Shown: positions 30,901-41,052, counted from the first letter of the stretch. The stretch: 64,000 nt of DNA from Diplonema japonicum (GCA_964019335.1 OZ025654.1:620001-684000), one strand, 5' to 3'. Program-made: numbers and translations. Notes: a model not told the origin generated them from the letters alone.

Positions 30901-33317
30901 CTCCAGGCACGGAAACACTGTACATTGCTGTCCTTCTGTATGCGGTCGTAGGTGCAGCCGTCGATTTTAAGATGGCACCATCCGTCATTGGCGCGGTACC
31001 AGAATGCGGTGCATTGGGACCCGTAGTCGTCGCACTCTTTCTTGCACCCTGCCAGCGTGTACGGGGAGTTCTTAGGGATAGTGGCTTTAGCCTTGCTGCA
31101 GCTGCGTGACTTGCAGTACCCGGCACCAACAAGGACGTAGCCGGCGACGAAGTCTGTCTCGATGGTTTTCTCAATGTAGTCGGGAAGGTTGTGGACTTTC
31201 GGGTCATCGACACCGCAGCGAACCTTGTACTTTTGGCCGTTATCGATCCAAGCGGTGACCTCCTCGCGCGTGATGGTGAGCTCCGCAAGGTCGTCCTTGA
31301 CAACGCCCGAGGCGTAGACGCCGGCGAGAGATGCCTTAGCCTTGATGTCCTTGATGGTCTTCGGGACCGCCGGACGGGTAGGCGCGCCATCCCTCCACGC
31401 CACGCATGTCACTTCTACACCCTCCATCCCGCCATTCGTTTGGATGGAGATGGGAATACCCCCTTCACCTCCCGAAGCAGGCCACTTATCCACTAAAGAC
31501 ATGGTGCGCGCAGTGTCCTTCGTGTAGGTCGTAGCGCCGTACCCATCAAAGCATGACTCGAAGGCACATCCGTCTACTTTATTCACGCTTTTCAGCGAGC
31601 ATGACTTGAACAGCTGGCACTTCTTGTCCGCCCAGAAGGTAAACGCTGCGCAGTTCTTATCAGCGTCACACAACGCAGCGCAGCAGTCGACGTCGTTAGC
31701 CTGCTGCTCCTTCGATGGGGTCCCGGAGCACTTCTTGTAGCCGAAGGGGTTTGTATTCATCTCATACCCGTTCAGAAGGGGTGCCATGCCCTCGCGTGAG
31801 CACATCCAGCTGTCGTAGAAAATGTTGCTTTTCCACCCGATGTCTTGGCGGATCATGAAGCACCTGTGAAACCATTTATCAGATGCGTCACGCTTCATGT
31901 AAGTGAAGCCGATGCACAGCATGTCCATGTCGCAGATGGCCTGGCATTCTTCCGCATTGTCGTATGGGCCAAGCGGGACGTCAGGGAGGTTAGGCTTCTG
32001 CACCCAGTGGTGGCCTTTGTCTATCCATTGGTTGCGTCCCTTTTCGTCAGCGAATTGTGCTTGGTTGGACTTTCGGATCCATCTATTGCAACGAGGGCGC
32101 TCCTTTCCGGTGGGAGCCTCGCCGTCCTTTGTAGGACAGACCGCTGGGCCCACGACTCTGACACCGTAGTGAGTCTTCTGAAGGATTTGGCTCTCCATCC
32201 AACATGTTTTTGCGGTGTGGCCCTTATTCGGGTAAGCCCACGTCCAGTAACGGCAGGGGCCTTTACTACCAGAGTAGTCCCGGCATAATTTTGCACACTC
32301 GGCGGCGCTGTTCACACCGTTCCTCGGGCCGAGGACAGCGTCGCTGTCGGCTGGGATGTCGTGTCCCATGGTGATGCCGCCCTCTGCACACGGAAGGTCG
32401 TACTCGAGTTCATAATCGGATATAGGGTGACGGGGGCCCACTTGCTGTTCATTTGTCGCCATAACCGGCTTTTCCCCGTTTTCGTTCCACGCTGCTACGA
32501 TAAGGTAGTGGGGGTTGCAAGGGTCAGTGCCTGCGGTGATTCTGTCTTGCCTGTTCGTTTGAATGGTGCAGCTGCTGTCGCGAGGAGGGGGTTTCGTTCC
32601 CATCGGGATGTCGAATGTAATGTCGCACCCGGTCGCCTTTACTTTTTTAAGCAGTTTTGGGGACCGCCATTTCACGGTTTCCCACGAAACCGGGTTTTTC
32701 AACCCGCATGACGGGACTTTTCTCACCATGTTGGCGTAGCCCCAGTAGACGCGGTACTCTTTGATATCGGTTTCGTCAGGGGCGCGGAGGATGGTTGCCT
32801 TACCGCCGTATGAAAAGCGGGCGGGGTCCTGGTCGACAAAGATGAAGCCTGCTGGGTTCTTCTTCGGGACCGGGAGGGTTGGATCGCAGCAGAGGTCTTC
32901 TGCGCACCCGAACAAACAGGATATTTGATCGGCGTTGCTTTTCAGCTTCCAGTTCTTCGGGCATTTGTAGGTCTTGCAGACCTCCTTCACACAGCACGTC
33001 AGGTCATCACATGGTCCTGCATAGTCGTCCCCTAGCCCGTAGTTAGCACAGACTATGCCGTCTGCGTCATGTCTCAAGACATAACCGGGTTTGCATTTAT
33101 GCGGAGGGATGTTGGCAGGTGGCATCTTGTCTGTTAGGTACGAGTACCTTGTGTTCCCGTCACCAGGCCTCCTGTTGCAGTACGGCCATTTCGGGTAGTC
33201 TTTCGAATTTTGTGGCGGTCCCCAGTCCCTGCAATCTCTGTTGTTGTAGATGTTCGCGTTGGCGCCATGAGCGCACAGCAGCAAGACTGCAATGTACCCG
33301 GCACGGGGCGGTTTCAT
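24930..33317 (-). CDS. Type I membrane protein, 2795 aa: PAN/apple-like domains plus ~40 EGF-like Cys repeats
   Basis: Signal peptide; PAN-like motifs (SAAECAKLC...CRYWTW, CCAALCDADKNCAAFTF); repeats DECxxxPCGxxQxCxDP...DFxCxC; TM LILYILLAIVGFLAIVGMVGFYLY; short tail. Confidence 0.9.
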   Translation of the reverse strand: MKPPRAGYIAVLLLCAHGANANIYNNRDCRDWGPPQNSKDYPKWPYCNRRPGDGNTRYSYLTDKMPPANIPPHKCKPGYVLRHDADGIVCANYGLGDDYAGPCDDLTCCVKEVCKTYKCPKNWKLKSNADQISCLFGCAEDLCCDPTLPVPKKNPAGFIFVDQDPARFSYGGKATILRAPDETDIKEYRVYWGYANMVRKVPSCGLKNPVSWETVKWRSPKLLKKVKATGCDITFDIPMGTKPPPRDSSCTIQTNRQDRITAGTDPCNPHYLIVAAWNENGEKPVMATNEQQVGPRHPISDYELEYDLPCAEGGITMGHDIPADSDAVLGPRNGVNSAAECAKLCRDYSGSKGPCRYWTWAYPNKGHTAKTCWMESQILQKTHYGVRVVGPAVCPTKDGEAPTGKERPRCNRWIRKSNQAQFADEKGRNQWIDKGHHWVQKPNLPDVPLGPYDNAEECQAICDMDMLCIGFTYMKRDASDKWFHRCFMIRQDIGWKSNIFYDSWMCSREGMAPLLNGYEMNTNPFGYKKCSGTPSKEQQANDVDCCAALCDADKNCAAFTFWADKKCQLFKSCSLKSVNKVDGCAFESCFDGYGATTYTKDTARTMSLVDKWPASGGEGGIPISIQTNGGMEGVEVTCVAWRDGAPTRPAVPKTIKDIKAKASLAGVYASGVVKDDLAELTITREEVTAWIDNGQKYKVRCGVDDPKVHNLPDYIEKTIETDFVAGYVLVGAGYCKSRSCSKAKATIPKNSPYTLAGCKKECDDYGSQCTAFWYRANDGWCHLKIDGCTYDRIQKDSNVQCFRAWSGTNPFLPGDDICPKACKGTCAFKRQLGVYDRDVFIPSRQVCSAGDECATNPCGTGQTCKDPNAAPSSLNDYVCSCDADPSIKATGAAATCTMDECTANPSPCGADQDCNDPDTSYGSQHDFVCTCKSDSSITKVDGPALCSKDECAAGPCGTGQSCNDPKPTAKDIKDYTCTCDNDPATKATGAKATCELDECSTSPCGSDQDCNDPDTKYSAHNDFECICKADPSVKKIGAAATCSKDECASKPCGTGQTCNDPGKTLSSLKDYTCTCDNDPATKATGAKATCVLDECTSNPCGADQDCNDPDTKYSAHLDFECSCKADATIKKIGTAATCSKDECASKPCGTGQTCNDPSPTIHTVKDYTCTCDSDPATKATGAKATCILDECTSNPCGANQDCNDPDTKYSAHLDFECSCKADATIKKIGTAATCSKDECASKPCGTGQTCNDPSPTIHTVKDYTCTCDSDPATKATGAKAICVLDECTSNPCGADQDCNDPDTKYSSQLDYECSCKADATIKKIGAAATCSKDECASKPCGTGQTCNDPSPTIHTVKDYICTCDNDPATKATGAKATCVLDECTSNPCGADQDCNDPDTKYSSQLDYECSCKADATIKKIGTAATCSKDECASKPCGTGQTCNDPSPAIHTVKDYTCTCDNDPATKATGAKATCVLDECTSNPCGADQDCNDPDTKYSAHLDFECSCKADATIKKIGTAATCSKDECASKPCGTGQTCNDPSPTIHTVKDYTCTCDNDPATKATGAKATCILDECTSNPCGTGQDCNDPDTKYSSQFDYTCSCKADASIVKVGGAATCERDECTPNPCGTQQTCADANKSPKSLKDYTCTCDNDPATTATGAKATCELDECTAAPCGTSQTCVDGDKRVSSTSDFTCTCTADTATTATGKPAVCVIDECGSSPCASQSCSDPDTRASSSGDYVCSCPGGTPTKVGGIATCSAGASDECSTNPCGATQLCQDPNQQASSTGDYVCSCKTGTGTAKGQLATCVLDECLANPCGSQACSDPVTTPASLNDFVCSCNAPATGTAPGMPASCVLDECLASPCAAPQTCNDPDTSSAVKNDFICTCTNGVKATGGSATCELDECTKAPCGTGQTCNDPNKMYTSQHDFTCTCASDPTRTQIDGPALCSYDECVANPCATGQLCVDPDQSTHKLKDFTCTCTNGVKATGGSATCELDECVADPCGTGQTCNDPNKKYTSQHDFTCTCDSDATVFQVDSPAKCTYDECLQTICATGQTCLDPNVSRHSLKDFTCTCTNGVQATGGSATCELDECTTNPCGAGQTCNDPDKKYNMQHDFTCTCDADTSIMQVDGPAACENDECNNNLCGAMQTCLDPNKSVHSLKDFTCTCANGVQASGGIATCELDECTTNPCGAGQTCNDPDKKYNMQHDFTCTCDADTSIMQVDGPATCENDECNNNLCGAMQTCLDLNKSVHSLKDFTCTCANGVQASGGIATCELDECTVDPCGAGQTCNDPDKKYNMQHDFTCTCDNDTSLIQVDGPALCEYDECQVVSCMSGQTCEDVNTSRHSRKDFTCTCINGVKATGGSATCELDECLAAPCGVGQSCNDPDARYNMQHDYECTCDSDASLKQVDGPALCEYDECQVVSCMSGQACKDENISRHSLKDFTCTCINGVTATGGNATCELDECDEDPCGQGQTCNDPDDRYNMQHDYVCSCENDTSVQKVGSPAACEYDECKRTPCGDEGQVCDDLDKSSTSLKDFTCTCPNGVKATGGKATCEYNECETDPYPCGDRARQSCDDPDVTYLSRHDFVCTCKNIDRKQVDGPAVCDKNECSAGPCGVEQECNDPVQTWDSLKDFVCTCQNGIRATGGRATCNAIRPPGDPDKSTPEGATPTNPTPKEQAPQEYVVPDEKWNVDGTLKGAADSDDGVSKGSLILYILLAIVGFLAIVGMVGFYLYRRSQQVDLNTFTRTLSEETTRRESVYTDLESEARRASSGTEIGAAPSLQYAQI
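28550..30400 (-). repeat. 288-bp (96-aa, two-module) near-identical tandem repeats
   Basis: Shadow ORFs recur at 28673, 28961, 29249, 29537 and 29825 (288-bp spacing). Confidence 0.9.
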
Positions 33318-33555
33318 CTTTTTTCTTTTTTTTTTTGTATCCCCCGCCTCCCTTTTTTTATTTGTAATTGCTTCACTAATAAAATTTTAAAGAAAATAAA
33401 GAAAATAAAGAAAATAAAGAGAAGAAGACAAGTTCGGGGTTATATAATTAGAATTCTTCTTTTCATTTTTCTTTTTTTTTCTTCTTTTCTCTTTAATACT
33501 GTTTTGCACCAGAAGTTTTGAAACGAAATATTTAGGGGGGGGGCGGAAAAAAAAA

Positions 33556-36500
33556 GATGTCTTTGAAGGGAACCTGCAGTATGTGACAGGATCGCCTAAC
33601 GACAATCAACTCATCTAGTGTTTGATCCCTTCTGTCGTGGTAGTGCCTTAGGCCCGTCGTAGTATCTCATCAGCAGCTTGGGCGTGAAACCAACTAGCGA
33701 GTTGTTGAGGATGCAATGCGTGCGCATTTGTTCCTCTAGGATCGAGTGGGTGACCTTCGGGGATGCGAAGATCGGACGAGTGGAGTAGCCAGTGACGGCA
33801 TGGCTGTGGAGCCCTAGGGTGCGTAGTGAGTGTACTGACTTCATAGTTTCTGCCGGAATCAGATGATTCCCCGTCCCTTTTAGATGGATCCTTTCTAAGA
33901 CGCTGAGAATCCTGCCGAGCTTTCTCGCCCAGCATGCTATGTCTTCCCCACCCATGTGGAGCCTTTCCGTTGCAATGAGGTCGACTGCTAGTTCCGCCTT
34001 CGAAACTTGCCGCCTTCCTCGCCCCATTTTAGGGCGTTCAGCCAGTTGAGGACAAATGGGATTAGGCCTGGGAAGTATTTCTTCTGCAGCCCATGTTCGT
34101 GGTACCAGGGGAGAGGCTTCGGGGTTAAGAGGTTCCCCGGTCGGAATGGTCTATTCCAGAAATGCTGGTTCGTGTACCTGACCTGCTTGTCGGCGTGCAG
34201 GTTCTCGAGCTTGCCTGCCACTTCTGCTAGCATCAGGTGGAGCTCCTTGACTCTCAATAGGCTGATGTCCAAGTCCGAGGTAATGATGCCGTGTACGCGG
34301 GTGCAGGTTGGCCAGTTAGTGTGTTCTTGCACTAGCCATTCGCGGTCGGCGTTGGCCGTTCTAAAACCGGCGTGTGCCGGGCAGTGCCAAATTGTATGCA
34401 GCAGGAGGTTGCTGGTCCCGCTTCTAATGTCGAAGGGTGCGTCACACCCAAGGCATTTCGTTCGCGTGCCATCCATGTCGCCGTAGGCTCTAGGGTGCAG
34501 TGGAAGGATGGCGCCAGTAACGGCACAAAGGATTCTCCTCGCTTTCTGCGGGTTGGTGATCGCCACCTCGTTGTGTAGGACGTTCGTCTTCATCTCGTCC
34601 ACTCCTGTCTCGATTCCTTTGAAAGTGTCCCGCTCTTCGGCGAGCTCGCCCCGCAGTTTTTCTTTCAACCGCGCTCTGACCTCGTGTTTCAGGTGTGGCA
34701 TGCCCCGTGGCAACTCTTTAATAAAGTCCTTCCATCTCGTCCCGATGTCCCGTAGCCATATTTCCGCATTACCAAATGGCCCCTTCGAAAGCGACGGCGT
34801 TCCATCTCGCTCCTTTGCGTACTTGTAAGTTTCCCAGCCCGACTCGAATAGGGACTTGTTCGACTGTCGTGTGCACAGGCGACCTAGGGTCGAAATGGCT
34901 TTATAGACCACCGAAGAGTAAGGGTCTAGGGTGTGTCCTTTGTAGGCAATCCCTAGCAGCGCACTGGCGGAACGCTTCGGGTTGCGTGCGCCCCAGATGC
35001 ATGACGTGATCTGCTTCTTCAATTTCACCAGCCAAGAGTCTGGGATTGGGTCGAATAGGACGCCGTAGAAGGCGGACGGTAGGATGTTCTCTGCGATGAT
35101 CTGTACCTTGCGGTTGTGGTAAAGTCTCGTTGCTGCGAGGCGCTCAATTTCCGCAAGTGCCTTGCGGGCTCTCGTGTTCTCTCTTCTACAAGGCTGGAAG
35201 TAGACCAGTACCCCCAGGATCTGCAGTTGCAGGACGTGTCGAAGGTCTCCCCGTGTAGCTGTACGTTGCCGCAGTACTTGGGTTTCGTTCCAAACGACTT
35301 AGTTTTCTTCGGGTGGATAGCCATCCCTGTGAGCTTGCAGAGGGTGCCAAGCAGGTTAACGGAGCGTTGCACCGCGGCCTCCGAGGTAGCCGACGTGAGG
35401 TTTAGGTCGTCTGCATACGACACAGGATGGGCGTTTCTAGGGTTCGCCGTGCATATCTTGGTGAATATAGCGAGGATCGCGTTGATGAAGACCGGTGATA
35501 TTGGACAACCCTGGAGAATCCCATTCGTGGTTCTGAACGGTGCGCCCACCCCCATGGGGAAACGTAACCGACGGATTAGGTCCGAGTAGATGGATTTTAT
35601 CGGTCTCAGGATAAGTTGGCTGAGGCCTAAACGCTCCACTAAATCGAACGTAAGCGCATGGGGGATCGAGTCGAAGCACTTTTTGAAGTCAACCGAGAGG
35701 CCATAGAGGTGCTTACCTGATACTTTCGCCGTCTCTACACTAGTGCAGACTCGGGCGAGGAGGTCGTCCGTGCTGTGTTTCGGCCTGAAACCGAACTGGA
35801 GAGGGGTGATCCACGCCTCTTGCCACTCGAGGATCGCGGGTAGTCTAGCGCCTGCCCAGAGTCGGTAGAACGCACTCGATACCGTGATTGGGCGGTGTTC
35901 CAGCGGTTCTTCGGACTCACCTTTCGGGATCATAGTTACAAGCGCCGTGAGGACTGCCTTGGGCCATCGTCCCCCTTCCTCTATCCATTCGTACAGAAAG
36001 ACGAAACCCTCCAGCAGTGCGTCCGGTAAATGTGCGAGTTCACACAGCCTCCAACCGTCGATCCCTGCGCACTCCTGCTTCTCCTTCTTTTTCAGGACTA
36101 CCCGTAGATCGTCCAGAGTGAGTGAGAGGTCTACCATCGGGTGGTGGGAGATCTGCGTCCCAAACGCCTCTTCAAAAGAGTCGTAGCGCGGTTCGGGGCG
36201 TTCTTCGTATTTGCGAAAGATGTGGCGCCACGCCGACCTGAAAGCTAGGTCGATCTCTTCAATTGAGGTCGAGATGGCACCGTTGGTTTTTGCTGCTACC
36301 AGCTCTCTCTCGGGCCTATCTGCTACGAACTGCATGATCGCGCTCCGATTCACCGAGAAGCCTGAATTTAGCTCCCTCCGTGCTTTCACACTGCGCTGGA
36401 TCTTCGAGGCAATGTCCATGTCCCGTTGTAATGCTGTCACCTTCCTTTTCACAAGGTCTGCCTCCTTGGAGATGTTGCCGTCGGAAAAAGTCTCAGGGTG

Positions 36501-37820
36501 AACCTTTAAGACATTGATAGCTTTCGCCTTCATCTTGTCCCACCCTTTACGTAGGTCATAGGGCAAGGCTGGGTCTTTCAACAGCTGAACTCTCCGTAAA
36601 ATGGCGGATGCGCTTTGTCGGATTTTCTCGAGGGTTAAGTATTTCTTGGATACAGCTCCAAAACTGTTCTCCGTGGATGGGGCTGCGGTCCTTCGCAAGC
36701 TGGGTGAGTTTACTTCGCCTCTGCCTGAGAATATCGAGTTTCCCAATTGTGCTGTCCCCCTCAAGAGATGCTTTTCACAAGCTGTAGAGAGCGCTAAGAA
36801 AGCGGCGTCTAGATCCCCGGTGTCCTTCAGGGCCCTCAATGTTGGGAGAATATCACTGTGCGGTGTACGGTCTCGGGAGTCCTGGAGGGGGACGATCATC
36901 CTGGGCATATGGTATTGGAGCGAGGGCTCGTGGAATTTTGGGATATCAATCGAGATTTTAAGTGCGTGGTGGGAGGGACACCAATGTCGATGGTCTGGCA
37001 GTCTCTCAGAGCCATTGACGCCGTTGCGTTCATCAGGATGTAGTCTGGCCTGGATTTCGCCGTTGCCGTGACGAAGGAGGGAGGGGTCTGTGTACCACGT
37101 AGGCGTGAGACCTTTTCCGAGGCGTCCGTCCAATGCTGTGCAAGGGCGTGTGAAAGCACCGGGGAGTCCTGAATGGTAGTATTAAAATCTCCCGTTACGA
37201 TGACCGGAACGTCCCCCAGTTGCGTAGTTTTCCGTAGTGTGTCATCTATCAGTGCTTCCCTGTTTCTTTTGGCGTGACTACTGCCGTCGTTAACCTGGCA
37301 GTAGAGGGTGATGACGTGTAACCAATCCCGTTTCCCCAATGCGACTCTTACGTGAACTCTGCGTGTGTTGGTGCCGTGGTCTTCGAAAAGAGAAGTCTCC
37401 TTCTTCGCAGTCAGCCGCTTGTTCACTATAATTCCCACTCCTCCTCTTTGGGCGACCGAGGGGGACTCTGCATCCTTGGATATCTTTCCCTGTTGCGGGG
37501 GTCCCCAGAAGAGACGGTGTTCTTTCAGGAAAGCGTCACGTTTTGTTTCTTCGTTCACCATCCACTGACCAGCTTGCGTTAGGGCTGTCTCCTGGAGGCA
37601 GATCAGGTCAAATGATTGTAGTTTGATCCTATTCAGATGGTTCGGGAGGTTCGTGACGTTCACTGAGATAAGAGTGAGCTCCTTCTTGTTCTCCTCTTCG
37701 GGTCCAGGATTCGGATGGATGTCACCGTGGGTCATGAGCGGTTTTCTCGCTTCGCGTGCGATAGATCGTCTCGACCTCTTCAAAATGAGGAAATGTGCCC
37801 GTGGAAGGTGGATCACTGTT
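33556..37820 (-). mobile_element. Near full-length APE-RT non-LTR retrotransposon with 2A-like peptide; three frameshifts
   Basis: LMTHGDIHPNPGP; APE motifs ISVNV, ICLQET, GGVG, TGDFN, RPDY, SHH; RT motifs RPITV, QFGF, DFKKCFDSI, QGCPISP, YADD; CLGC...HTIWHC; frameshifts near 36975, 35230, 34010; 3' hairpin then T9. The 5' boundary is uncertain (37820 or 37944). Confidence 0.93.
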
Positions 37821-37917
37821 AAAAAAGGAACAGGCCGTTGTTTGTACGCGCCGGGTAGAAACCTGGAGAAGTTGAAAAGAACCCGTAAACACGTTGCGCT
37901 AACGTTCCGCTTTTTGT

Positions 37918-37944
37918 TTAGGCAAGTCAAAGACTCGTTCTTGC
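37918..37944 (-). repeat. Dispersed hairpin signature, copy 3, upstream of LINE ORF
   Basis: gcaagaacgagtctttgacttgcctaa after a pyrimidine tract. Confidence 0.8.
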
Positions 37945-38341
37945 GAAAGAACAAAGAAAAAGAAGAAAATTAATTAAAACACGGGAGCCTGGGAGGATAG
38001 GAGACAGAAAGAAAAAAAGGGAAAACAAAATAGAATTTCTAATCTACTATCTACTCAATTATGACTTGGACAGAGACACGCAAAAAGGGTGGAGAGACCC
38101 ATTGCCATCTGCCAGGTACATTTCTCTTTCTGTCGGATTGTAAGAAAGCTGCTAGTATGGGGGTTACGGGATAAAGAAAAAAAGTAAAATAATAAAAGAA
38201 GGAAGTCTTAACGAATTTAAAAATACTCTTTTTGGGTTTTCTTGTTTTTTTTTTCTTTCTTTTCTTTCTTCGTGTTGTTTGTTTTGTTGCCCTTTTTCTT
38301 TTTTTTTTTATATAAAATCTTTTTTTATCCCCACAAAAAAA

Positions 38342-38694
38342 GTTGTCTCGATTTTAGTGGTGCCATGCAGTATGTGACACAGCGGCCACCCTTGTGAAAC
38401 TTCGCCCCGAAGCCTCCCAAGTCCCCTCTAAAGTAAAAGTGGAGAGGTAAAGAAAGCTTGGAAATTGAAATAGGGAGAGGGGCCACAGAAGCAATTAAAC
38501 ACCAACTGGAGAGTTGTGGGAGGCTTGCTTCACTGGCACGATGCCGCGGGAGGCTACTTGTAGGGTGGGCTCTCCACCCCCGTCCAGGTTTCCCCACGTG
38601 TACGGCTTTAGAACGAGAGTTTCCCTTTCGCTTGTGTTTCTCCAAACCACAATTACCAGGAACCACCACAGGGAGGCTGGAAACATTGGTCCCC
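38342..38694 (-). mobile_element. Ribozyme-headed non-autonomous retroposon (353 bp) with LINE-like 3' end
   Basis: 5' end at ribozyme G1 after T8A; 14 nt tgcagtatgtgaca (38366-38379) identical to the LINE 3' hairpin core (33575-33588); ends in T7. Confidence 0.8.
38619..38694 (-). ncRNA. HDV-like self-cleaving ribozyme (76 nt)
   Basis: GGGGACC-AAU-GUUUCCA-GCC-UCCCUGU-GGU-GGUUCCU-GG-UAA-[UUGUGGUUU-GGAG-AAACACAA]-GC-GAAAG-GGAAAC: P1 with G1-U wobble, P2, P3, L3, P1.1, P4 and catalytic C in the canonical HDV genomic order. Confidence 0.9.
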
Positions 38695-38833
38695 TAAAAA
38701 AAACTTTTAAATGGAAAAAAAAAATCTTTTTTTTCTTCTTCTAATAAAGACTTTTTTTCTTGCCCCCGTTACGGGTTTTTTATAAAAAAAGGATTTGTTT
38801 ACAACCCCCCCCCCCCCCATTCAACAAAAGATG

Positions 38834-40683
38834 TTACACCTCGTCGTGTGCAACAGCACCATTATTTAAAGGTGCCTCTGCTCCATTACCCACATTTTCA
38901 GAGTTTGCATTTCCAGATGTCAGTTCGGCAACCGGGTTTACAGGCACTCTCTGCGAGAAAGGGGCTAGGGGGACAGAGCTCAGCCTCGGTTCAGCTTGGG
39001 GAGCAGGGGGTGCTTCCTCATCGTTCTCAACTTGCTGCTCGATATTGGCGGTAGAAAAATCAAGCTCGTTTGGGGACTGGTTGGCCCCGTACTGCCCTGG
39101 CATCTCCCGCATCTCCTCGTTTTCGTCTGAAGAAGTGCTGCAGACGTCCTCGTCACGTACCTTCTGTGAAACCTGCCAAATATGTAGCATGTTGTCTTGC
39201 GAAGCGGTGGCGATGAACCAGTCCTCGTTGGGGTTCCAAGAAAGGCATGTTACAGGTGCTGTGTGGCCCAAGTGGACAAACATAACCTCCTTTGGAACTG
39301 CAAGATCGTCAGGGGGGACGTCGTCTGCAGGCGGCCCGCTCCACGCTGTCGTGAGCCACGGGCAGCATTCGATACGTCCGTTGTCATAACGTTCTTGATA
39401 GCTGTGCCTTTCGATGTCCCAGATGACAACTGTCCGATCGGTCGAACCCGTTGCCAGTACCGTCTCACTATGAGGCGCCCATTCCAGGCAGGTGATCTCC
39501 CCTGCATGGCCTCGGAGCGTCATTGGTGGCTCTGAGCGGCCCTCAAAGCGGATATCCCATATTTTAACGACATCTTTACCTGCAGTTGCAACCACGTGTT
39601 CTGCGAAAGGGTGCGCCTGCACGCAGTTTATGGTACTGGAATGCGCGTTTCTTACGTTTGTCATGGACCCTTTGTCGGCAAGGCGGGTGTCCCAGATTCG
39701 CATGGAGCGGTCATCTGAGACTGTGTACAGAAGGTGCTGGTGTGACGGGTGGAAGTCAACACCTTGTACCTCTGCTTCGTGTCCGGATAGTATGCAGAGA
39801 GGCTGAGGGTTTGTGTGTGAAAAAGAAGGTTTGATACCGGAATGCCCTTCGCAGGGCTGCCGCTGCCTCCTTCGAATTTTGTAAGTTCCGACGGGCGGAC
39901 TCTGTCCTCGATGTCCCAGATGAGGACCTGGCCGTCGTCGGCGCCCGATGCGAGAAGCCCGTCTCGTTTTTTATTCCACGACAAGGCCACACCTTCATCC
40001 TTGTGCCCGATGAGGTTCAGGTACAGGGCATCGTCGATTTGCCCGTTTCCGCCGAGGCTGCTTGTGGCGGGCTGTGTAATTTTTTTCTTCTTTGTTTTTT
40101 GAGTTTTCCATACAGCATCTTGCGGTGCGGTAAGGTCGCGTGCGTTGTCCAAATAATAAACGTACACCGGTGCAGAGGAAGAGTTGGTGTTTCCCTTGAC
40201 AGGCCCACGAGAGGCGATCACGTGGGGGTTTTGCGGCATGTGTTTAATACAGTTCACCTCCCCGTTGTGCGCCATCTTCTGCTTCACCCCAACCCGACCA
40301 ATCTGCAAGCGGTCTATAGTCCGCTCCCCGAAAAACCGTTCAGAAACTGACGGCAGTGTGCAGGTAAGGTTGTATATGAAATTGTTTAGCTGCGCCGGAC
40401 GTGCGCCGCTGGTGGGCTTCACCTCGTCCCATCCGGAATTCGCAGCCACTGTATCTATTTTAGAATGAGCGTGTGTGCCCATTAGGAGGTAGTTGATGGA
40501 GTAACCATGTTCGTCTCTACAGTCGTCTTCCGGCAACCAGTCAAGAGACAGCACAGGCCATTCAAAAGGATGAACAGTTGCGTGAGAGTACAATCCCGGC
40601 ATGTACCTCTTCCACACCCTGTACTGGTCCCACACTACCTTCTCTGCGCTGTAATCGTCGTTCCCGAACCCATAGCTTATCAT
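38834..40683 (-). CDS. RbAp46/48 (MSI1/CAF-1 subunit C)-like WD40 histone-binding protein; exons 40683-39838 and 39802-38834
   Basis: YRVWKRYMPGLY, EWPVLSLDWLP, HNGEVNCIKHMPQNP, LIGHKDEG, EVMFVHLGHTAPV, DNMLHIWQ; 35-nt GT-AG intron 39803-39837 joins the two ORFs in frame. Confidence 0.92.
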
Positions 40684-40830
40684 TACTTTTTTTCTTTCCT
40701 CCTTTTTTTTGTTTTTGTTTTTTGTTTGACGTTGGGGGGGGGGGGGGGGATGAATATAAAATGGGGAAAGGGAAACAAAAAAAAAAGAGAATAAAAAAAG
40801 AAAATAAGAGGGTATCACAACAAAGGAGCC

Positions 40831-40861
<31 letters not shown>

Positions 40862-41052
40862 GTGTGTGTCTACCGGCCTGCACAATAATCAGCCGATTCT
40901 TTTTTTTTTGTGTCTGGAAAAAAAAAAAAAAAAAAAAAAAAACTTCTTTTTCCCTCTTTTTTTTCATAAAACGTGGCAAGAACACTTTTCTTTTTTATTC
41001 ATTTTTTTTTTTTTTTTTTTTTTTTTCACACTTTTTTTTTTTTTTTTTTTTT

